This document shows positions 1 through 9,590 of a stretch of DNA of 17,551 nucleotides, in pieces. The notes beneath the pieces are model-generated. The model did not search any database and had not been told where the DNA came from. It worked only from the letters and a program-made list of their open reading frames with translations. Origin of the DNA: Octopus sinensis (taxonomy: Eukaryota); NCBI RefSeq assembly GCF_006345805.1, contig NW_021824821.1, positions 1 to 17,551 on the forward strand, written 5' to 3'. Position 1 is the first letter of the stretch; every line of letters begins with the position of its first letter. The translations under genes were made by a program, and so were the position numbers.

Positions 1-189
1 ACGTACTACTTCACCCTCCTCTCAAAATCTGCTAGCCCTGTGCCACTTTCATTAAACTGTTATTTTCTAGTCTCTGCATTATTCTGTGGCGATAATGGAA
101 CACTAACGGCTTTTTAACATTTTTTTTTCTTCTGTGTTTGTTTTTTTTTTCTTCTGTGTTTGTTTTTTTTTTCATGAATAACATTGAGC

Positions 190-357
190 CATTTCGTTGG
201 TCTTTACGTTCTGAGTTCAAATTCCACCGAGATCGATTTTGATTTTCATCCTTCGAGATAGATAAAATAGATTCTAACTGAACATAGGCGTCCATATAAT
301 CGGCTTTACACCATGCCTCGAAATCGCCGACTTGTGCCAAAATTTGAAATTATTATT
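190..357 (+). mobile_element. Degraded, 5'-truncated copy of SINE family B (tRNA-derived)
   Basis: GTTCTGAGTTCAAATTCCACCGAG (B-box region) is followed by a decayed TTTCATCCTT..GATAAAATA core and the tail CTTGTGCCAAAATTTGAAATTATT. All match other family B copies in the window. Confidence 0.7.
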
Positions 358-381
358 ATCGTTATTAATTTTAATATAAAT

Positions 382-600
382 GCGGCGAACTGACTGAATC
401 GTCAGCTGGGCGAAATGCTTGGCAGTATTTTGTTTGCCAATATGTTCTGAGTTCAAATTCCGCGGAGGTCGACTAAGCCTTTCATCCTTTCGAAGTCGAT
501 GAATTAAATACCAATTACGCACTGAGGTCGATATAATCGACTAGCCCTCTTGCCCCCAAGCTTTTCAAGGCCTTCTACTTAGAGTAGAAATAATCATGAA
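382..600 (+). mobile_element. SINE family B, near full-length, diverged
   Basis: Head GCGGCGAACTGACTGAATCG, B-box GAGTTCAAATTCC, core GGTCGACT..GCCTTTCATCCTTTCG..GTCGAT, then GTCGATATAATCGACT and an AGTAGAAA tail. Confidence 0.8.
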
Positions 601-635
601 TTTTGATAATAGAAATAATTATTGATTTTAATATA

Positions 636-825
636 TTCCGAGTTCAAAGTTTGACTTTGACTTTCATCTTCTCTGGGTTAATAAATGAAGTACCCTTTCT
701 ACTCTAAGCTCAAGGCCCGAAATATTTTGGGAGGAAGCATAATCATAATTAGGGTATAGACAAGTCTAATCGACTGGGCCCTCTCCTAAAATTTCGGGAC
801 TTGTGCTTACAGTAGAAAAGATTAA
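636..825 (+). mobile_element. Scrambled fragments of SINE family B
   Basis: CCGAGTTCAAA..GACTTTCATCTT, and TAATCGACTGGGCCCTCTCCTAAAATTTCGGGACTTGTGC..AGTAGAAAAG, which matches the tail at 12895-12955. Confidence 0.55.
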
Positions 826-829
826 TTTA

Positions 830-994
830 AGGCAGCGAGCTGGCAGAATCGTTTGTACGCCGAGAGAAATATTTAGCAGAATTACGTCAGTCCGTACGTT
901 CTGAGTTCAAACTCCACCGAGGTCGGCTTTGCCGTTCATCCTTTCGTAGTATAAAGGAAGTATTGGGATCGATGTAATTGACTATTCGCCACCC
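830..994 (+). mobile_element. SINE family B copy with internal deletion
   Basis: AGGCAGCGAGCTGGCAGAATCG head (A-box), GAGTTCAAACTCC B-box, GGCTTTGCCGTTCATCCTTTCG core and GATCGATGTAATTGACT. Confidence 0.85.
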
Positions 995-1030
<36 letters not shown>

Positions 1031-1034
<4 letters not shown>

Positions 1035-1262
1035 CTTTACTACCCAAAAGGGGCTAAACACAGAGGGGACAAACAAGGACAGACAAAGGGATTAAGTCGA
1101 TTACATCGACCCCAGTGCGTAACTGGTACTTAATTTATCGACCCCGAAAGGATGAAAGGCAAAGTCGACCTCGGCGGAATTTGAACTCGGAACGTAACGA
1201 CAGACGAAATACGGCTACGCAGGTCGCCCGGCGTGCTAACGTTTCTGCCAGCTCGCCGCCTT
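1031..1262 (-). mobile_element. SINE family B, full-length young copy
   Basis: The reverse complement reads AAGGCGGCGAGCTGGCAGAAACGTTAGC..GAGTTCAAATTCCGCCGAGGTCGACTTTGCCTTTCATCCTTTCGGGGTCGATAAATTAAGTACCAG..AAAGAAAT. It is highly similar to 12036-12270 and 13445-13679. The central GCCTTTCATCC..GGTCGATAAA..AGTACCAG block resembles, from memory, the Meta-type SINE core domain (tentative). Confidence 0.9.
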
Positions 1263-1469
1263 ATATATATATATATATATGATATATATGATATATATAT
1301 GTATGTCATATATGAATAGAACTTTCGTACCTTGTCGTTGAAAGCAGGAAATAGGGGTAATAAACAGTCGACAACAGAGGAGGAGTTAGACTTATTCTGG
1401 TATTTTGTCCTGTATTTAACCCTCGTGTGTTTACGTATTTTTCACTCGTCGGTGATGTCCTATACTTAA

Positions 1470-1556
1470 TGTGTGTGTGTGTGTGTATGTTATTGTGTGT
1501 GTGTGTGTGTGTTGTGTGTTGTATGTATGTATGTATGTATGTATGTATGTGTAAAT

Positions 1557-1591
<35 letters not shown>

Positions 1592-1592
1592 T
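1470..1592. repeat. Compound microsatellite (TG)n-(TATG)n-(TA)n
   Basis: Visible directly in the sequence. Confidence 0.95.
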
Positions 1593-1594
1593 AT

Positions 1595-2004
1595 GTAGGA
1601 GTGGCTGTCTGGTAAGTAGCTTGCTTACCGACCACATGGTTCAGGGTTCAGTCCCACTGTGTGGCACCTTGGGCAAATGTCTTCTACTATAGCCTTGGGC
1701 CGACCAAAGCCTTGTGAGTGGATTTGGTAGACGGAAATTGAAAGAAGACCGTCGTATACATGTATATATATGTATGTGCGTGTATGTGTTTATGTGTCTG
1801 TGTTTGTTCCCCACCAACATCGCTTGACAACCGATGCTGGTGTATTTACGTCCCCGTAACTTAGCGGTTCGGCAAAAGAGGCCGATAGAATAAGTACTAG
1901 GCTTATAAAGAATAAGTCCTGGGGTCGATTTGCTCGACTAAAGGTGGTGCTCCAGCATGGCCACAGTTAAATGACTGAAACAAGTAAAAGAGTAACAGAG
2001 TAAA
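1595..2004 (+). mobile_element. SINE family A, full-length (tRNA head, CORE-like block, internal microsatellite, (AAAAGAGT)-type tail)
   Basis: A-box TGGCTGTCTGG, B-box GGTTCAGTCCC, and GGCACCTTGGGCAAATGTCTT, which resembles the MIR/CORE motif CCTTGGGCAAG. The tail is TGACTGAAACAAGTAAAAGAG. Four more copies occur in the window. Confidence 0.9.
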
Positions 2005-2013
2005 TATATATAT

Positions 2014-2070
<57 letters not shown>

Positions 2071-2150
2071 TGTGTGTGGTGTGTGTGTATGTGTGTGTGT
2101 GTGTGTGTGTGTATGTGTTGTGTGTGTTGTGTGTGTGTGTGTGTGTGTAT
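2004..2150. repeat. (TA)n-(TG)n microsatellite
   Basis: Visible directly in the sequence. Confidence 0.95.
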
Positions 2151-2308
2151 ACATTTATTATTCAATAAACACAATATATACGTATTTACCTGCTAATATT
2201 AGTTTCATATGCTGAGAAACTGACATACTCTTCGTACATGAGACTAATAGTAACACATCAAAACTTATATTGTGGTTATCAAATATTAATATATATATAT
2301 ATATATTT

Positions 2309-2654
2309 CAGTTCTATATTTAAGAGATGAGAAATCATGTACATTATTTACATTATTTACATTTGACAGATATATGCTCACGGGCATATGGCGTATTGGT
2401 TAAGATTGCGGGCTGCTAACCCCAAGATTCCGATTTCGATTCCAGGCAGTGACATGAATAATAATAATAATAATAATAGTAGTAGTAGTAATAATAATAA
2501 TAATAATAATAACATCAAAAAAACTTGAGGAATAAGAACCCAGGTTCGAAATTTCCTCAAGACACCTGATGAAGGCTGGAGGGTATATCAGCCGAAACGT
2601 TGTGTTAACAACAAACAAAACGAGGACAAATATCTGTCAAATGTTAATAATGTA
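2309..2654 (+). mobile_element. Family C element copy 1: tRNA-derived head, (AAT)n, hammerhead and tail, with an inverted copy of the tail at the 5' side
   Basis: 2375-2654 aligns with 10557-10772. It has an A-box-like TGGCGTATTGG (2389), a tRNA-like anticodon arm GGG-CTGCTAA-CCC (2410-2422) and a B-box-like GATTTCGATTCC (2432-2443). 2309-2373 is the reverse complement of the family tail seen at 10748-10803. Confidence 0.8.
2561..2606 (+). ncRNA. Minimal type I hammerhead ribozyme motif
   Basis: Stem I is GACAC/GTGTT. The core CTGATGA (2566-2572) carries one extra A. Stem II is GGCTG/CAGCC (5 bp), followed by GAAA (2594-2597). Stem III is the loopless palindrome AACGTT, and the predicted cleavage triplet is GUU. 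Confidence 0.75.
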
Positions 2655-2667
2655 TATATTTAAAAAA

Positions 2668-2869
2668 TTCTTTAACTTGTTTCAGTCATTTGACTGCGGG
2701 CATGCTGGTGCAACGCCTTTAATCGAACAAATCGACCCCCAAGAATTATCGTTTGTAACCTTTCTACTTAATCTATCGGTCTCTTTTGCCGAAGCGCTAA
2801 GTTACGGGGACGTAAACACACCAACGTCAAGTTCTCAATCGATGGTGGAGGGGACGAACACAGACACAA

Positions 2870-2910
<41 letters not shown>

Positions 2911-2948
2911 GATATATATATATACATATATTAATATATATAACATAC

Positions 2949-3000
<52 letters not shown>

Positions 3001-3099
3001 CATATATATATATATAGATATATACTATACACAACACATATATATATGTGGTATATATATATGTTGTGTATATATATATGTGTGTATATATAATAATAT

Positions 3100-3135
<36 letters not shown>

Positions 3136-3142
3136 TATATAT

Positions 3143-3179
<37 letters not shown>

Positions 3180-3344
3180 TACACATATATACGACGGGCT
3201 TCTTTCAGTTTCCGTCTACCAAATCCACTCATAAGGGTTTGGTCGGCCAAGGCTTTAGTAGAAGACACTTGCTAAGGTGCCATGCAGTGGGAATGAACCC
3301 GGAACCATGTGGTTCGTAAGCAAGCTACTTACCTCACAGCCACT

Positions 3345-3348
<4 letters not shown>
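2668..3348 (-). mobile_element. SINE family A, full-length, with its internal microsatellite expanded to about 320 bp
   Basis: The 3' half lies at 2668-2865 and the 5' half at 3190-3348 (GACGGGCTTCTTTCAG..CAGCCACTCCTA). A (TACA)/(TA)n array separates them at the position of the short internal repeat in other copies. Confidence 0.9.
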
Positions 3349-3374
<26 letters not shown>

Positions 3375-3377
<3 letters not shown>

Positions 3378-3605
3378 CTTTATTCTTTTATTTGTTTCAG
3401 TCATTTCACTGCGTCCATGCTGGAGCACCCCCTTAAACGGTGTTAGTGGAAGAAATCAACTCCAGGACTTATTCTTTGTAACCCTAGTACTTATTCTATC
3501 GGTCTCAGTTGCCGAATCGGCAAGTTACAGGGACATAAACTCACCATCATCGGTTGTCAAGCGATGGTGTGTGTGTGTGGGGGGGGGGGGAACAGACACA
3601 CGCAC
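3375..3605 (-). mobile_element. SINE family A, 3' half
   Basis: TTGTTTCAGTCATTTCACTGCGTCCATGCTGGAGCAC..TTCTATCGGTCTC..CGGTTGTCAAGCGATG matches 5302-5530. Confidence 0.88.
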
Positions 3606-4010
3606 AAATACATACAAACATACATACATACATACAAACATACATACATACACACATACATACATACATACATACATACACACATACATACATACATACA
3701 TACATACATACATACATACACACATACATACATACATACATACATACATACACACATACATACATACATACATACATACATACATACAAACATCATACAT
3801 ACATACAACATACATACATACATACATACATACATACATACATACATACAACATACATACATACATACATACATACATACTTCATACATACATACATCAT
3901 ACATACATTCATACATACATACATACATACATACATACATACATACATACATACATTCATACATACATACATACATACATACATACATACATTCATACAT
4001 ACATACATAC
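3603..4010. repeat. (TACA)n tetranucleotide array, about 400 bp
   Basis: Visible directly. It is the source of the HTYI/MYVC pseudo-ORFs. Confidence 0.97.
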
Positions 4011-4107
4011 GTATCGGCTTTTCACTTATTCTGCAAAGCAACAAAGAGTTGTCTCCCATGCTTACCTGTGAAAAGCTTTGAAAAGAACTTGCTTTAATCA
4101 TCTAGAT

Positions 4108-4215
4108 CAGTGGTTCCCAACCTTTTCACTACGAACGACCCCCTTTTATTAAATGAGTTTTCGCACGAACCTCAGGATATTGAAAGGTATATCAGCTTAA
4201 CATGTTCCACGGACC
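4108..4215 (+). mobile_element. Orphan left end of a hAT (Charlie-like) DNA transposon or MITE
   Basis: CAGTGGTTCCCAACC starts right after ATCTAGAT (4100-4107), which fits the NTCTAGAN target preference of Charlie-type hATs. No partner TIR was found nearby, and the right boundary is uncertain. Confidence 0.5.
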
Positions 4216-4353
4216 TATAAATTACTTATATATATATATATTATATAATATATATATATATATCTATATATATAATAAATATTAGGGAATAAATCCAAAT
4301 TTACAGGAAAAAATGAGATTTAGGATTAAATCGATTTATAGTAAAATATTATA

Positions 4354-4479
4354 AAATATTATTAGAGACAAACCACTATTTTGCAAAACAAACAAGGAAA
4401 GACTTAATCAATACATAAAATTTTAAAGTCTTTCCTTGTTTGTTTTGCAAAAATAGTGGTTTTGTCTCTAATAATATTT
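4354..4479. repeat. Near-perfect fold-back inverted repeat (52/54 bp arms, 20 bp loop)
   Basis: 4354-4405 is the reverse complement of 4426-4479 apart from two single-base homopolymer indels. Confidence 0.92.
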
Positions 4480-4486
4480 ATTATAT

Positions 4487-4519
<33 letters not shown>

Positions 4520-4553
4520 TATATAAATAAAATATAAATAATATAAATAATGT

Positions 4554-4851
4554 ATAGAGTGGTTGTATACTGTCAACATAATGTGACAGTCCCATAAGGG
4601 AATTACCTCACCGCTGTTTAGCCCTAGGAAGCATGGACGCTTCCTGTCGGCTTTGACACATTTCCTGTGTCCTTATATTTGCGAAGGGGAGGCAAGCACC
4701 CCCACCAGCTAGGATTCACACCTGAGGACATGCATGTTTCTGGGTCATAACCCGTCATCAGCCCTGGATAGTGAGACCTAGGGCTAAACAGCGGTGGTGT
4801 AATTCTCTTACGGGACTGTCACGTTATGTTGACAGTATACAACCACTCTAT
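4554..4851 (-). mobile_element. 298 bp element with 75 bp terminal inverted repeats and an internal hammerhead motif
   Basis: 4554-4628 and 4777-4851 are reverse complements with few mismatches. A hammerhead lies at 4721-4767 on the minus strand. The superfamily is unresolved (MITE or Penelope-like fold-back). Confidence 0.8.
4721..4767 (-). ncRNA. Type I hammerhead ribozyme motif
   Basis: The minus strand reads CCAGGG-CTGATGA-C-GGGT-TATG-ACCC-A-GAAAC-ATGCAT-GTC-CTCAGG. Stem I pairs at 5 of 6 positions. Stem II has 4 bp plus a C.A mismatch next to the core. Stem III is the palindrome ACATGCATGT, and the triplet is the canonical GUC. Confidence 0.8.
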
Positions 4852-5009
4852 CGCTCCACCACCGCTCATGTCTCTTTTAGACATTTAGAAATTCAATATT
4901 TCTAAATAATATATAATTATATATATATATTTTTTATTTACTTGTTTCATTCCCTTCATCAGTTGTCCCTGTTTCATCTACTCCGCGTTTCATGTGTGTG
5001 TTTGTGCGT

Positions 5010-5052
<43 letters not shown>

Positions 5053-5301
5053 CCAGAGCCAATATAATCCTTCACTAATTTTTTTCAATTATGTGGATGT
5101 AGAACATAAAGATTGACGCTCGCTATAAATACTGTTTCGTCGCAATTATTTATTTTCAATTAGGATTTAATTTAGGTGATTTTTTATTAGAAAGAAAGAT
5201 GGCAAGGAATGTCTGTGTATAGGTTTGTGTCTGCTTTTATAATGAAGGCAGATCGACTATTCAAGTTTTTCGCCCCAAGTCATTTTTTTTAAAGATGGGT
5301 A

Positions 5302-5733
5302 TTACTCTTTACTCTTTACTCTTTTACTTGTTTCAGTCATTTGACTGCGGCCATGCTGGAGCACCACCTTTAGTCGAACAAATCGACCCCAGGACTTATT
5401 CGTTGTAAGCCTAGTACTTATTCTATCGGGGTCCTTTTACCGAAACGCTAAGTTACGGGAACGTAAACACATCAGTATCGGTTGACAAACGATGTTGGGG
5501 GGGGGGGGACAAACACAGACACGCAAACATATATACACATACATATATATATATATATATACATATATACGACGGGCTTCTTTCAGTTTCCGTCTACCAA
5601 ATCCACTCACAAGGCTTTGATCGGCCCAAGGCTATAGTAGAAGGCAGTTGCCCAAGGTGCCACGCAGATGGACTGAACCCGGAACCATGTGGCTCGTAAG
5701 CAAGCAACTTAACACACAGCCACTCCTACGCCT
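5302..5733 (-). mobile_element. SINE family A, full-length
   Basis: Reverse complement of the 1595-2004 type sequence, from the (TACTCTT)n tail to the head CAGCCACTCCTACGCCT. Confidence 0.92.
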
Positions 5734-6077
5734 ATTAGTTTAAATAATATCTTTAAATTCATAGAGTAAAAAGCACTATATATTTGCTATGAAAGAAAAA
5801 GAAGTGTAAAGTTATAGGATAACATTACATTCGAGAGAGATGAACTAAACAACTTTATTTCCGCTGGAAATGTCACAGCAAAATTTTAAGTTGTAATTCA
5901 TAAAATATCCGCTCCTCACATAGATCGGGCAAAGCAAAGCTTGTTTACACAGCCAAATGCTTTGCAGGGGACACAACCTACAAAAAAAACAGAACGGGTT
6001 ATTTCCCTTAGTAAAAGTGCCAGATTGCTGTAATGTTTACGCCAGAAATACGTTGCTGAACTGAATGTCATTGGATC

Positions 6078-6423
6078 TTTTTTTACTCTCTTTTACTCTT
6101 TTACTTGTTTCAATCATTTGACTGTGGCCATGCTGGAGCACCGCCTTTAGTCGAGCAAATCGACACGTGGACTTATTCTTTGTAAGCCAAGTACTTATTC
6201 TATCGGTCTCTTTGGCCGAACCGCTAAGTTACAGGGGACGTAAACACACCAGCATCGGTTGTCAAGCGATGTTGGGGGGACAAACACAGGCATACAAACA
6301 TATACACACACACACATGCATACATATATATGATGGGCTTCTTTCAGTTTCCATCTACCAAATCCACTCACAAGGCTTTGGTCGGCTCGAGGCTATTTGT
6401 AGAAGACACTATAGTAGAAGACA
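6078..6423 (-). mobile_element. SINE family A, 5'-truncated (no tRNA head)
   Basis: Matches 5302-5650 and ends at GTAGAAGACAC, with a short TAGAAGACA duplication (6400-6408 and 6415-6423) at the break. Confidence 0.88.
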
Positions 6424-6547
6424 TATTTATCTCTTTTAACCATTTTGGCAGCAATCTCTTGCGACCATCATTGGGGTTTCGACACGAACTCTCTATCTTA
6501 ATTTGATTTAGATTAAATCATTCCATCAACGTTTCATGATAACGAAA

Positions 6548-6786
6548 CGCTGTGAAGCATTTTGTACGGTATGCTAACGATTCTGCCTTTAGCAACTTTC
6601 TACTATAGGTACAAGGTCTGAAATTCTGAGGAGGGAGATTACACTCACCCCAGTGCATTACTGGTACTTATTTTATCGACCTCCTGGAAGGATGAAAGGC
6701 AAAGTTAAGTTCGGCGTAATTTTAACTCAGAACGGAAGGATAAACGAAATGCCACTAAGCATTTTGTACGGGATGCGAACGATTCT
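6548..6786 (-). mobile_element. Older SINE family B copy with a head fragment
   Basis: CTTTCTACTATAGGTACAAGG tail, CTGGTACTTATTTTATCGACC..GGATGAAAGGCAAAG core, AACTCAGAACG B-box and CTAAGCATTT. Confidence 0.75.
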
Positions 6787-7212
6787 TATTTCTTTATTGC
6801 TCACAAGGGGCTAAACACAGAGAGGACAAACAAGGACAGACAAACGGATTAAGTCGATTATATCGTCCCCAGTGTGTAACTGGTACTTAATTTATCGATC
6901 CCGAAAGGATGAAAAGCAAAGTCGACCTCGGCGGAATTAGAACTCAGAACGTGAAGACAAACGAAATACATATTTCTTTACAACCCACAAGGGGCTAAAC
7001 ACAGAGAGGACAAACAAGGACAGACAAACAGATTAAGTCGATTATATCGACCACAGTGCGTAACTGGTCCTTATTTAATCGACCCCGTTAGGATGAAAGG
7101 CAAAGTCGACCTCGGCGGAATTTGAACTAAGAACGTAACGGCAGACGAACTACCGCTGAACATTTCGCCCGGCTCACCGGCGTGCGAACGATTCTGCCAA
7201 ATAGCCGCCTTT
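6787..7212 (-). mobile_element. SINE family B head-to-tail dimer (full unit 6970-7212, head-truncated unit 6787-6969)
   Basis: Two near-identical units, with the junction reading AAGAAATATGTATTTCGT on the minus strand. Confidence 0.9.
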
Positions 7213-7221
7213 AACAACCAC

Positions 7222-7455
7222 TTAATAATGATTTCAAATTTTGGCACAAGACCAGCAAGATCGTGGGAGGTGATAAGTCGATTATATCGACCCCAGAACT
7301 CAACTGGTTCTATTTTATTGACCCTCCCAAACCACCCCGAAAAGATGAAAGGCAAAATCGACCTCGGCGGAATTTGAACTCAGAACGTAAAGACGGCCGA
7401 AATGTCGCTAAGCTTTTTGTCAAGCGCTCTAACTATTCTGCCAGCTCATTGCCTT
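7222..7455 (-). mobile_element. SINE family B variant, full-length
   Basis: TTTCAAATTTTGGCACAAG tail, GTCGATTATATCGACCCCAG, GATGAAAGGCAAAATCGACCTCGGCGGAATTTGAACTCAGAAC, and the head TTCTGCCAGCTC. Confidence 0.85.
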
Positions 7456-7846
7456 GTACAACACAACATAATAATTATTAATTATTTATTAATTTTATCA
7501 TTATTTTAAAATATAATTAAAACGAAGTTACTGCATGTCAAATGATAAAAAAAATGAAGTCAATTTAGATTTAGACTTATCCTCTTCAACGAAGTTCTCA
7601 AAAAACTAAAAAAGAAAGTAAATGGTGGAATACTACTAAAAGAAGATTGCTCAGTTTACGTATATTTTGGGAAGTATTGTATGCAGGCAAGACTGAGCAG
7701 TCACGAGGTTCATTTCACAACTACGAGTTTCTGTGTTCGCTCCCACAACATGAAACATAGGGCAATTGCTTTTTCGTTATAACCTCGGACGGGTGGACCA
7801 ATAACTCAATACCTTTGGAGTAGACGGAAAGAGCATTGTATTTAAT

Positions 7847-8250
7847 ATACATACATACATACATACATACATACACACATACATACACACACATACATAC
7901 ATACATACATACATACATACATACATACATACATACACACACATACATACATACATACATACATACATACCTACATGCATACACATACACATACATACAT
8001 ACATACATACACACATACATACATACATACATACATACACACACATACATACATACACACACATACATACATACATACATGCATGCATACATACATACAT
8101 ACATACATATATACATATATACACATACACATACATACATACATACATACATACATACATACATACATACATACATACATACATACATACATACATACAT
8201 ACATACATACATACATACATACATACATACATACATACATACATACATAC
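7847..8250. repeat. (TACA)n array, about 400 bp
   Basis: Visible directly. It abuts the left TIR of the mariner element. Confidence 0.97.
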
Positions 8251-8253
8251 TTA

Positions 8254-9567
8254 CAGGGTGGCCACAAAAACACTCCCTGATTTCAAACAGGTATAACATT
8301 TAACATTATTGTAGTAGTTAATAGCTTCAGATGCAGGACTTCATTCAGTTTCATGTGGTATAGGGTAGCATTAAAGGCGATAGTCCAGTTCGATCCAGGC
8401 GCTCTGCAGCATATCTGGAGTTAGCATGCGAACTGCTTCAGTGATCGAAATTTTCAGATCCCCCCCCCGCCCTAGGGTTGCAGATAGTGATAGTACGTAA
8501 ACTGTACTATTGATCAGACCAAGTATATATAACCAAGTACATAAGTCACAAACAGTTAGGTCCGTGGTTTCGCAGGCCACTTTCAGAACACCTGATCATC
8601 TCGTCCAGCACGACCAATCCATCTGTTTGTCAGCGAGATGCCAGTGCGGTGGGTACCATCTTACTGGAAAAGGTAGTCATCACTCTCAGCAGCTAGTTGT
8701 GGAAACGTCTAATTGGTTAGCATCTCCAGGTAACTTTGACCAGTAACAGTTCTTCCATCAAAGAAGAAAAGGCCATAAACTGTCCTCTCTGATACGACAC
8801 AAAACACATTAACATTTGGTAAGTCTTGCTCAGTTACCTGGATAGCGCGCGGATTTTCACACCCGACAATGTCTGTCTGTTATGCCTATTGACTCTGCCG
8901 TTCAAGTGAAATGTCACCTCATCGCTGAAAATGATTTTTGACAGCAGGTTATCATTATCTTCCATAAATTTCTGGATATTCTCACAAAATTCAATTCGCG
9001 TTCCATTATCTTTCGGGCGGAGCTTTTGGACCAATTGCAGCTTCTAAGGGTGAAACTTTTGATGTTTGTGTAGGATCTTGCCAACTGTGCTTTGGGGAAG
9101 TGTAACTCTCGGCTAGCTCTTCATATTGACTCTTTAGGGCAGTGTACGAATGTTTTTCTAACTCGATCAATAAATTCCTCTGAGACTGATGGTCGGCCAA
9201 AATGTCCCTTTTTCTTATCACAGATACACCCTTTCTGACTAAAATCATTGTATCATTCCCGAATGAACTTGGGTGTAGGTGTAATCGTATGATGCTTGAA
9301 TCTGAAAGCACGTTGCACGGCCACAACATTAATTGATCTTACAAATTCCAGTACACACCTGCTGCATTGCAGTGAGTTGGCGGCCATTTTTAGATTTTCT
9401 TGTACCCCTGTGGGTTTTCAGGTCAATGATATCTAATCACCTGAAAAAAAAAAAAAAAGAAATAACTAATGTTAGAGAATCGGTTCACAACATGTTTATC
9501 AATATATTTGAATTAGTTTAAATATCATAATATCGTGAAATCGGGGAGTGTTCTTCTGGACACCCAA
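8254..9567 (-). mobile_element. Tc1/mariner DNA transposon, end-to-end (1314 bp), decayed
   Basis: 27 bp imperfect TIRs CAGGGTGGCCACAAAAACACTCCCTGA (8254-8280) and TCGGGGAGTGTTCTTCTGGACACCCAA (9541-9567). TA flanks both sides, and there is an internal transposase remnant. Confidence 0.9.
8350..9387 (-). pseudogene. DDD-type Tc1/mariner transposase pseudogene (DUF4817-like HTH N-terminus)
   Basis: Manual translation from the ATG at 9387 gives MAANSLQCSRCVLEFVRSINVVAVQRAFRF..IRE*YNDFSQKGCIC..GRPSVSEEFIDRVR..RASREL. It continues with IIFSDEVTFHLNGRVNRHN (D1), FQ*DG (D2) and DLTVCD (D3 region), ending LTPDMLQSAWIELDYRL. There are several stops and frameshifts. Confidence 0.88.
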
Positions 9568-9590
9568 TATATATATATATATATATATTG

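Noticed and set aside
32-522. ORFs of 102 aa and 82 aa on the minus strand, and similar ORFs at 7071-7481 and 12242-12463
   Set aside because: They are incidental frames across SINE family B copies and poly-T tracts.
2382-2450. Possible tRNA-Ser(GCT) gene
   Set aside because: It has no long variable arm and no proper acceptor stem, and it is part of a repeated element. It is treated as a SINE-type head.
4940-4992. Hammerhead-like words on the minus strand (CTGATGA-AGGGAAT-GAAAC, with a second GAAACGCG upstream)
   Set aside because: Stem II cannot form and there is no paired stem III with a UH triplet. It may be a deleted or scrambled PLE remnant, but it is not supportable as a ribozyme.
6787-7212. 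Repeated units resembling a CRISPR-like array
   Set aside because: The units are ~185-240 bp SINE monomers without unique spacers, in eukaryotic DNA with no cas genes.
7700-7830. Possible minus-strand exon after an acceptor-like CTCTTTCCGTCTACTCCAAAG
   Set aside because: All three frames meet stops within about 100 nt, the peptide is not recognisable, and there is no supporting neighbouring exon.
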